DNA from: an uncultured Gemmatimonadales bacterium
GTDB lineage: Bacteria; ARS69
Length of the DNA: 64,000 nt
Direction of reading: 5' to 3'
NCBI GenBank assembly: GCA_963725045.1
Contig: CAVRWY010000005.1
Coordinates: 14,079-78,078, forward strand
Every line of letters begins with the position of its first letter. Position 1 is the first letter of the stretch. The translations under genes were made by a program, and so were the position numbers. Positions 56,601 through 64,000 of this stretch are shown piece by piece. The notes beneath the pieces are model-generated. The model saw only the letters and a program-made list of their open reading frames with translations, was not told the origin of the DNA and made no database searches.

Positions 56601-58544
56601 GTGACTTCCCTCATCCTCGGAACCGCCGGGCACATCGATCACGGCAAGACCGCGCTGGTCAAAGCGCTGACCGGCGTCGACACCGACCGCCTCACCGAAG
56701 AGAAGCGCCGCGGCATCTCGATCGAGCTGGGCTTCGCCCATCTGGACATCGGCGACGTTCATTTCGGTGTCGTCGACGTTCCCGGCCACGAGCGATTCGT
56801 GAAGAACATGCTCGCCGGCGCGGGGGGCATCGATCTCGTCTGTCTCGTGATCGCCGCCGACGAAGGCGTGATGCCGCAGACGCGCGAGCATCTCGACATC
56901 ATCGATTTCTTGGAAGTGCGCCGCGGCGTGGTCGCGCTCACGAAATCGGACCTCGTCGATGCGGATTCCCTGGAGATCGCGACCCTCGACGCGCAGGAAG
57001 CGATCGCGTCCACTTCGCTCGCCGGCGCACCGATCATTCCTGTCTCTTCCGTGACCGGCGCAGGCCTCGACGACTTGAAGCGCGCCCTGATCGACGCGGC
57101 GCGCGCCGTTCCCGTGCGAGGAAGCGCGGGCGCGTTTCGCCTTCCGGTCGATCGCGTGTTCGTCATGGAAGGATTCGGGACGGTGGTGACCGGGACGTGT
57201 TTTTCGGGATCGGTCGCGGTGGGCGATCGCCTGCTTCTGCTTCCCTCCGATCGCGAGACTCGCGTGCGCCGCGTCCAAGTCCATGGGGAAGACGTGCCGC
57301 GCGCGGACGCGGGACATCGGGTCGCGCTGGCGCTGCACGGGCTCTCCAAAGACGAGGTGTCGCGGGGCGATCAGCTCGTTTCTCCGGGCTCGCTGACCTC
57401 GTCCTCCATGATCGACGTGCGGCTGCGCGTTTCGCCGCGCTGGGTTCGTTCCGTGCGCAATCGTGAGCGGGTGCGTTTTCATCTGGGAGCTTCGGAAGAT
57501 CTCGGCCGCGTCGTGCTTCTGGAGACGGACGCGCTGGAGCCCGGCGCCTCCGCGCTCGCTCAGATTCGACTCGAGACGCCGATCGTTCCCGCCGTCGGAG
57601 ATCGTTTCGTACTGCGCTCCTACTCGCCGATGAACACGATGGCCGGCGGCACGATCATCGACGCGCATCCGAAGAAGCACGGCCGCCATCGCAGCGACGA
57701 AGTCGATGCACTCAAGAGTCGAGAGGAAGGGGGCGCCGGCGCGATTTTTCTCGAGACCGTGGCGGAGTCCGGGCTCGCGGGAGTGAAACCGGAGGCCTTG
57801 GTCGCGGCGACATCGATGTCGCGCGAGGACGTCGACCGGATGATCGCGCAGGAGATCGACGCGGGAACGCTGCGACGCGCGGATTCCGGGAAGCTCATCT
57901 CGTCCGATGCGTGGGCCGTGGCGCGCCGCAGTATTTTGGAAGAAGCGCATCGCTGCCGCGAGCGGCATCCGCTGCGCTGGGGGATCACGCGCGAAGAGCT
58001 GCGCGCTGCGCTCGGAAAGTCGGCCAGTGCCGCAATCGTGGGCGAGCTGCTCGGCGAGCTCGCCACGGAAGGACACGTGGCGCTTCGCGGCGAGAAAGTG
58101 CGCTTCGGGGGCGGCGAGATTTCGTTCGAGGGCAAGGCGGCGGCTGAGCACGCCCGGCTGACGCGCATCTATCAGGAAGCGGCGCTTGCGCCGCCCGGCA
58201 CATCGGACGTGCTCGGCGGACCGAAGGAACGCGCGCTGGCGATGGAAGTGATCGCCGCGCTCATCGACTCCGAAGTGCTGGTGCGCATCCTCCCCGAAAT
58301 GCTCGTTCATCGCGACGCCATGGAGCGCCTGCGCGAGGCGCTACGGAAGATCGCGCGACGAGACGGATCGATCACGCTCGCCACGCTGCGCGACGAGACG
58401 GGGATGTCGCGGAAGTACTCGGTCCCCCTTCTCGAGTACTTGGATGGCCGGCGCATCACTCGGCGCGAGGGCGACGCGCGCGTTCTTCTCGAAGCGGTCC
58501 CGAGCGAAGGCTCGGCCGCCACTCCGGGTGAGCGCGCTCCCTGA
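56601..58544 (+). CDS. selB: selenocysteine-specific elongation factor SelB
   Basis: GTPase G1 [21 protein letters not shown]-terminal winged-helix domains (640 aa). GTG start. Confidence 0.9.
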   Translation: MTSLILGTAGHIDHGKTALVKALTGVDTDRLTEEKRRGISIELGFAHLDIGDVHFGVVDVPGHERFVKNMLAGAGGIDLVCLVIAADEGVMPQTREHLDIIDFLEVRRGVVALTKSDLVDADSLEIATLDAQEAIASTSLAGAPIIPVSSVTGAGLDDLKRALIDAARAVPVRGSAGAFRLPVDRVFVMEGFGTVVTGTCFSGSVAVGDRLLLLPSDRETRVRRVQVHGEDVPRADAGHRVALALHGLSKDEVSRGDQLVSPGSLTSSSMIDVRLRVSPRWVRSVRNRERVRFHLGASEDLGRVVLLETDALEPGASALAQIRLETPIVPAVGDRFVLRSYSPMNTMAGGTIIDAHPKKHGRHRSDEVDALKSREEGGAGAIFLETVAESGLAGVKPEALVAATSMSREDVDRMIAQEIDAGTLRRADSGKLISSDAWAVARRSILEEAHRCRERHPLRWGITREELRAALGKSASAAIVGELLGELATEGHVALRGEKVRFGGGEISFEGKAAAEHARLTRIYQEAALAPPGTSDVLGGPKERALAMEVIAALIDSEVLVRILPEMLVHRDAMERLREALRKIARRDGSITLATLRDETGMSRKYSVPLLEYLDGRRITRREGDARVLLEAVPSEGSAATPGERAP

Positions 58545-58630
58545 CAGGCCGAATGCATCGCCACGATCGGCGGGCGCCGGAGCGGCCGACCGCCTGGCCC
58601 GGCCTGGGAGCGCGTGGTAGTCTCATTCGT

Positions 58631-59692
58631 GTGAAAACGATTGATTTGCGGTCCGACACGGTCACCCGCCCCTCCTCCGGCATGCGGCAGGCGATCGCGA
58701 CCGCCGAGGTCGACGACGACGTTCTCGGCCACGACCCTACCGTGCTCCGTCTGGAGGAGCGCGTCGCGAGCCTTCTGGGGAAGGAAGCGGCGCTTTTCGT
58801 TCCGAGCGGGACGATGGCGAACCAGATCTCGGTACGGATCCATGCCGACCCCGGCACCGAGGTGATCCTGGAGCGCTGGTCCCACGTCGCGAACTTCGAG
58901 GCCGGCGCGTCCCCCGCTCTCTGGGGTGTGAGCTTCTATCCGCTCGACGGCCGCCAGGGAATTCTCGATCCGGACGCCGTGCGCCGCGCCATTCGTCCGC
59001 CGGTCCGGCACGTCCCGCGCACGAGCTTGGTGTGGGCGGAGAACTCCCACAATTACGCGGGCGGAAACATCTGGCCGCTGGAGACGCTCGATGCCGTCGG
59101 GCGCGTCGCTCATGACGCCGGCCTGCCGTTTCATCTCGACGGTGCGCGTCTCTGGAATGCCGCGGCCGCGAGCGGAACCACTCCCGCGCGCATCGCGGCA
59201 GCGGCGGACACGGTGTCGGTGTGCATGTCCAAGGGCTTGGGCGCACCGGTCGGGTCGCTCGTCGCCGGAACGCGGGAAACGATCGAGCGCGCGTGGACTT
59301 ATCGAAAGCAAATGGGCGGCGGGATGCGGCAATCGGGAGTGCTCGCCGCCGCAGCGCTCTGGGGTCTCGATCACAACATGGCCGGACTCGCGCGCGATCA
59401 CGCGAACGCGCGCCGGCTCGCGGAAAGCTTGGCCCGCATGGACGGCGTCGCCGTCGACCTCGATTCCACGAAGACGAACATCGTGGTGTTCGACGTCGCC
59501 AACACGGGACGCGCGCCGCAGGACATCCAGCGCGAGGCCGAAGCGCGCGGAGTTCTGCTGGTGAACTTCGGGCCCACTCGCCTTCGCGCCGTCACTCACT
59601 TGGACGTCTCGGAAGACGACGTCGCCGTCGCCGCGGACGTGATCGGCGAAATCCTGGCCCAAGCCGCGCCAGTCCGCCGCGCCGTCGCCTGA
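58631..59692 (+). CDS. ltaE: low-specificity L-threonine aldolase
   Basis: IDLRSDTVTRP, PSGTMANQ, PLP-Lys context SVCMSKGLGAPVGS. GTG start. Confidence 0.8.
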   Translation: MKTIDLRSDTVTRPSSGMRQAIATAEVDDDVLGHDPTVLRLEERVASLLGKEAALFVPSGTMANQISVRIHADPGTEVILERWSHVANFEAGASPALWGVSFYPLDGRQGILDPDAVRRAIRPPVRHVPRTSLVWAENSHNYAGGNIWPLETLDAVGRVAHDAGLPFHLDGARLWNAAAASGTTPARIAAAADTVSVCMSKGLGAPVGSLVAGTRETIERAWTYRKQMGGGMRQSGVLAAAALWGLDHNMAGLARDHANARRLAESLARMDGVAVDLDSTKTNIVVFDVANTGRAPQDIQREAEARGVLLVNFGPTRLRAVTHLDVSEDDVAVAADVIGEILAQAAPVRRAVA

Positions 59693-59698
59693 TCACCC

Positions 59699-60595
59699 AT
59701 GGAATCTCCGCGTCCATTGGTTCGCATCGCGCAGTTCTCGCCGAAGCTCGGCGACGTCCCGCGCAATCTGGACACCATGATCGACCTGGCGCGCGAAGCG
59801 AAAGCCGACGGCGTCGATCTGCTCCTCTACCCCGAGCTTTCGCTGACCGGCTACGGTCTTCGCGATCTCGTTCCCGAGTGCGCGATCGATCTCGACTCGC
59901 GCGAGATTCGCGCGATGAAAGAAGCGTCGCGCGGAGTGTCGCTCGCGTTCGGATTCGTGGAGGAGACGCCGGAGCATCTCTTCTTCAATTCCGCGGCGTA
60001 CATGGAAGCCGGTGAGCTGGTGCACGTGCATCGCAAAGTGCATCTGCCGAACTACGGCCTCTTCGAAGAGGGGCGCTACTTCGCGGCCGGCGAGACCGTG
60101 CGCTCGTTCTCCACGCGCTTCGGCCGCCTGGCGATGCTGGTGTGCGAGGACGTGTGGCACCTGCCCATTCCCTATCTGGCGGCGCAGGACGGAGCGCTCG
60201 CGGTGCTGGCGCTGGCGGCGAGTCCCACACGCGCCGTCGGCGGCGAAGGCAAAGCGAAGAGCACGATCGCTTGGGAGCGGCTGCTTCTCACGTATGCGTC
60301 CTCCCTGACGGTCTTCATGATGTACGCGAATCGCTGCGGATTCGAAGACGGCGTCGGTTTCTGGGGAGGATCCGAGATCGTCACGCCCTCGGGCGAAGTG
60401 CTGGTGAAAGGGGCGTACCACGAGCCCGACCGGCCGACCGCGATCGTGGATTTCGATTTGGTGCGCCGGGAACGGATCCACACCCCGCTTCTTCGAGACG
60501 AGCGCCTCGCGGTCGTGATCGCGGAGCTGCAGCGCATCGTTCGTTCCCGCCAGCTCGTGCACGCCGGGGACGCCGCGGAAAACGAGATCCGGTGA
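59699..60595 (+). CDS. carbon-nitrogen hydrolase (nitrilase superfamily), probable glutaminase domain for NAD synthetase
   Basis: CN-hydrolase E-K-C triad context (YPELSLTGY, HRKVHLPNYG, LVCEDVWH). Directly precedes nadE. Confidence 0.7.
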   Translation: MESPRPLVRIAQFSPKLGDVPRNLDTMIDLAREAKADGVDLLLYPELSLTGYGLRDLVPECAIDLDSREIRAMKEASRGVSLAFGFVEETPEHLFFNSAAYMEAGELVHVHRKVHLPNYGLFEEGRYFAAGETVRSFSTRFGRLAMLVCEDVWHLPIPYLAAQDGALAVLALAASPTRAVGGEGKAKSTIAWERLLLTYASSLTVFMMYANRCGFEDGVGFWGGSEIVTPSGEVLVKGAYHEPDRPTAIVDFDLVRRERIHTPLLRDERLAVVIAELQRIVRSRQLVHAGDAAENEIR

Positions 60596-60677
60596 ACCGC
60601 GTCACTGGACCGATTCGTCTCGTCCCCCCGGAAGCCCCGGCGCGCCGGACGAACGGGAGGACGAGCTCGATCTCGAC

Positions 60678-61547
60678 ATGCCGACCGTCGAGAAGATCCT
60701 GATCTCGTTTCTTCGGGAAGAATGCGCTGCGGCCGGCCTCGACAAGGGAGTGCTCGGACTCTCGGGCGGGCTCGATTCCGCCGTCGTTTGCGTGCTGGCC
60801 GTCCGGGCTTTGGGCGCGCAAAACGTGACCGCGGTGATGATGCCCGCCGCCAGCTCGAGCCCGGATAGCCTGGAGGATGCGGAGCTCGTCGCCAAGGAAT
60901 GCGGGGTCGCCGTGCGGACGGTCAGCATTGCGGCCATGGCCGACGCATATGTCTCGACGATCCCGGATGCCACCAACCTGCGCCGCGGCAACGTGTATGC
61001 GCGTTGCCGAATGATTGTCCTCTACGACATCTCCGCATCCGTTGGCGGGCTCGTTCTGGGAACGAGCAACAAGACGGAGCTGCTCCTCGGCTACGGGACT
61101 CTGCATGGAGATATGGCCTCGGCGATCAATCCAATCGGAGATCTGTATAAGACGCAGATTCGCGCGATGGCCCGCCACCTCGGTGTTCCGCAGCGCGTGA
61201 TCGACAAGCCGCCGACCGCGGACCTCTGGAAAGGGCAAACGGACGAGGCTGACTTAGGTGCGACGTACGAAACAATCGATCGGTTGCTCTATCGTATCGT
61301 CGATCAGAGGATTCCGCTCTCGCGAATCGTCGAGGCGGGATTCGATCCAGAGTTCGTACGTTCGATCACTGCGCGAATTCGCCGCAATCAATACAAGCGA
61401 CGGCCACCGGTGATCGCCAAACTGCTCAGTCGAACGATCGGTCCTGACTTTCGACTCCCGCGGGACAGCGCTCTCGCCATCGATCGCGCCATCGATTCGA
61501 TGACCCGGAAGACCGACTCCCCCAAGTCCAATCCTCCGAGTCGATGA
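60678..61547 (+). CDS. nadE: NAD+ synthetase (synthetase domain)
   Basis: PP-loop LGLSGGLDSAV, GTSNKTELLLGYGTLHGD, PIGDLYKTQIR. No good SD at a correct distance (GGAGG is 19 nt upstream). Confidence 0.85.
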   Translation: MPTVEKILISFLREECAAAGLDKGVLGLSGGLDSAVVCVLAVRALGAQNVTAVMMPAASSSPDSLEDAELVAKECGVAVRTVSIAAMADAYVSTIPDATNLRRGNVYARCRMIVLYDISASVGGLVLGTSNKTELLLGYGTLHGDMASAINPIGDLYKTQIRAMARHLGVPQRVIDKPPTADLWKGQTDEADLGATYETIDRLLYRIVDQRIPLSRIVEAGFDPEFVRSITARIRRNQYKRRPPVIAKLLSRTIGPDFRLPRDSALAIDRAIDSMTRKTDSPKSNPPSR

Positions 61548-62389
61548 CCGTGCCCGATTCGGGTGGTCTGCTCCGGGTCGTCGCGACGCCTCTCGGAAAC
61601 CTCAACGACATCTCGGATCGTGCGCGGCAGGCGCTTCAGGAAGCAGACACGATTGCCGCCGAAGACACCCGGCGTGCGGGGCTCCTGCTCGCCAAGCTTG
61701 GGCTCCCCAAGAAGCCGATGGTCTCGATCTTCTCCGCGAAGGAGGAGTCACGCAGCGACGCGCTGATCGATCGAGTCAAACAGGGACAAACGGTCGTTCT
61801 GATCACGGATGGCGGCACGCCGGGAGTTTCCGATCCCGGCGCTCGATTGCTGCAGGCAGCATACCGATCGGGCGTTCGCATCGAAGTCGTCCCGGGGCCC
61901 TCGGCCGTCTCGATGGCGCTGTCGGTGTCTTCCTCCGGCGGAGGAGCCTTCGTCTTCGAGGGCTTCCTCCCGGCGACTCGGGCGAAGCGCCTCGCCCGGC
62001 TCGGAGAGTTGCTGAGCGACCCGCGACCTCTCGTCATATTCGAAGCCCCGCATCGAATTCGTGAGACGCTGGAAGATTTGGTCTCGACCGCAGGCGCGGA
62101 TCGTCTGGTCACCATGGTTCGGGAAGGCACGAAGCTCTACGAAGAGATTCGTGAGGAGCCGGTCGGCGCACTCTTGCAGTCGATTCCCGAGAAGCCGCTC
62201 GGGGAGTTCACGCTGGTGGTTTCCGGCTCGACCGCCTCGCAAGATCGAATCCCCGTCGATCCTCTCGATCTTCTCCGCTTCGCGGAGAGTTTCGGGCTCA
62301 GCGCGGAGTCGGCGGCTCGTCGTGTCGCGGAGACGTTTGGCGTTCCCCGCTCGGGTCTTCTCCGTCGCGCGCGAGAAGGCGGAGTTTGA
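61544..62389 (+). CDS. rsmI: 16S rRNA (cytidine1402-2'-O)-methyltransferase RsmI
   Basis: LRVVATPLGNLNDIS, ITDGGTPGVSDPG, tetrapyrrole-methylase fold. Overlaps the nadE stop. Confidence 0.85.
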   Translation: MTVPDSGGLLRVVATPLGNLNDISDRARQALQEADTIAAEDTRRAGLLLAKLGLPKKPMVSIFSAKEESRSDALIDRVKQGQTVVLITDGGTPGVSDPGARLLQAAYRSGVRIEVVPGPSAVSMALSVSSSGGGAFVFEGFLPATRAKRLARLGELLSDPRPLVIFEAPHRIRETLEDLVSTAGADRLVTMVREGTKLYEEIREEPVGALLQSIPEKPLGEFTLVVSGSTASQDRIPVDPLDLLRFAESFGLSAESAARRVAETFGVPRSGLLRRAREGGV

Positions 62390-62447
62390 CGCCGGCTTTC
62401 CCGTGGGGGATCATCCGGCGCGCACCGGCTGATGGGATGACGCGGGA

Positions 62448-63110
62448 GTGACGATGGGGAGCCGGGTGGGGATCTTCATCTCCCTCGAAGGGGGAGAAGG
62501 ATCGGGGAAAACGACCCAGCTTCGGCGGGTCGCCGAGTTTCTGAGCGGTCGTGGACGAAAAGTCCGCACCACTCGGGAGCCCGGCGGCACCGAAGTCGGG
62601 GAGATGATCCGCGAGATCCTTCTCACGCGGGTTTCCGCTCTCACGGCACGAGCGGAGCTCGCCCTCTATCTGGCCTCCCGCGCTCAGCTCGTCGACGAAG
62701 TCATTCGTCCGTCGCTCGCGAACGGGTTCGACGTGGTCTGCGATCGATTCGCGGACTCGTCGACCGCGTATCAGGGCGGCGGCCGCGGCATCGGACACGA
62801 GCTCGTCGAGTCGATGAACGAATGGGCGACGGCGGGACTTCGTCCCGACTTGACGCTCTACTTCGACGTGCCGGCGGCGACCGGCCTCGCTCGGCGAAGT
62901 GCGCGAGGCGGCGGAGATGAGCGGCTCGATCGCATCGAGCGTGAGCCGCTCGAGTTTCACGATCGCGTGCGCGACGCGTTCCGCGCGATCGCAGAGCGCG
63001 CGCCGGACCGCTTCAAGATCGTGGCGGTGGAAGGAGGAGAGGAGAAGGTGTGGGAGCGAGTACAGCCGATGTTGGAAGAGCTTCTTCGCGCGCGACAGGA
63101 GCGCGAGTGA
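62448..63110 (+). CDS. tmk: thymidylate kinase
   Basis: P-loop FISLEGGEGSGKTTQ, DRF LID region, TREPGGT. Confidence 0.85.
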   Translation: MTMGSRVGIFISLEGGEGSGKTTQLRRVAEFLSGRGRKVRTTREPGGTEVGEMIREILLTRVSALTARAELALYLASRAQLVDEVIRPSLANGFDVVCDRFADSSTAYQGGGRGIGHELVESMNEWATAGLRPDLTLYFDVPAATGLARRSARGGGDERLDRIEREPLEFHDRVRDAFRAIAERAPDRFKIVAVEGGEEKVWERVQPMLEELLRARQERE

Positions 63111-63221
63111 GACGAAGGCGCGGCGAACGAGAAGTCGAGGCGACGGCCGCAGCGGCGACGCGGATTCCGACCGACGCATCGATGGAGCCGAGCGCTCGCC
63201 TGGAATCTCGACTGGCCGTGG

Positions 63222-64000
63222 GGCGTGATCGGCATCGGCGTGATTCTCCTTCTCTCGTTCGTGCTGTTCTGGATTCCCCGCATGGCCGGCGGATCGACCA
63301 GCATGCTGCAGAGTCCAGCGCCCATCGTGGCGACGATTCTCCTGCTGGTGTACTTCGCGCTCGGACGGCGCATGATCGGCAACGCCTCCGCGATCGTCGC
63401 CGCGGCGCTGCTGGCCATCTCGGCGCCGTTTCTCGTCGCGACGAACCAGAGTCATCCGCTCCTTCTCGCCGAGACGCTCGCGCTGGCCGGCATCGCTTGG
63501 CTGATCGCGCTCGAAGCGAAGCATCGCGAGGTGGGACTCACCGGCCAATCCGCGATCGAAGCGAGCGTGGCCGGCGCGCTCTTCGGCGCGAGTCTCAGCG
63601 TACATCCCGCCACGCTCTCCACCGTCATCGCCGCGATCGTCTTATGGTTTTCACTCGGGCTGCGGCGCTCGCGCGCCACCACGCTTCCCTCGCGCCGTCC
63701 AGGGGCGAGCGTGCTGTGGGGCGTATTCGGATGCGCGACGATCGTCGCCGGAGTCGTCGCGGCAATGTTCGCGATGTCCACGTGGGGAAGCATGTGGGCC
63801 GCGGGCTGGAGCGGGGCACCGATCGCGTGGGTCGCGTCTCCCGAGCCGGTGTGGAAGGACGCCTACCGTTGGATCGTCTCGCCGTTTCGCGAGACCGACG
63901 TGCTCGTGATCGCTGCGATCCTCCTCGTGGCACTCATCGTGAGCATCGAGTCGTGGAGCGGCTCGAGCTGGCGGGGCGCGGGCCTGCTCCCCTGGATCTA
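63222..64000 (+). CDS. hypothetical polytopic membrane protein, N-terminal part (runs off window end; start approximate)
   Basis: Open frame from 63111 to the window end with several hydrophobic helices (VIGIGVILLLSFVLFW, ATILLLVYFAL and others). Not in the ORF track because it has no stop in the window. Confidence 0.4.

Noticed and set aside
62957-63933. minus-strand ORFs (62957..63418, 63452..63793, 63625..63933) at the window end
   Set aside because: They overlap a long open + strand frame encoding a hydrophobic polytopic membrane protein that continues past the window end. The minus ORFs are Arg/Ser-rich noise.

Overview
High-GC (about 65-70% in core genes) bacterial chromosome segment with no rRNA, tRNA, CRISPR, transposase or integrase recognised by eye. 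The presence of DUF1385 beside prfA and many proteins with T9SS-type C-terminal sorting domains suggests an FCB-group or Gemmatimonadota-like organism; this is inference only.

Core housekeeping genes on the + strand: priA, ilvC, rho (with a long C-rich leader), rpmE, DUF1385, prfA, then much later prmC-murA, then selB, ltaE, a CN-hydrolase plus nadE, rsmI and tmk.

Between prfA (ends about 9.8 kb) and prmC (starts about 39.5 kb) lies roughly 29.6 kb of patchy lower-GC accessory genes. These include secreted hypotheticals, SRPBCC proteins, hydrolases, a MATE pump, a metzincin lipoprotein, AlkD, a Ser/Thr kinase with TPR repeats, a LAL/LuxR regulator, chloroperoxidase, epoxide hydrolase, an aldo/keto reductase and a PEP-mutase-family enzyme. 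It also holds an orphan HTH_37 antitoxin with a degraded toxin remnant.

The minus strand at 41.7-50.1 kb carries three tandem S8 subtilases with T9SS C-terminal domains, divergent from a heat-shock locus (hsp20-hsp20-Zn peptidase-clpB).

The sequence carries many single-base frameshifts that split both accessory and essential genes (prfA, murA, prmC, clpB). They are most likely sequencing or assembly indels, with real pseudogene decay possible in the LAL regulator and epoxide hydrolase region.

Coordinates of frameshifted genes are overall spans. Manual coordinates may be off by 1-2 nt.
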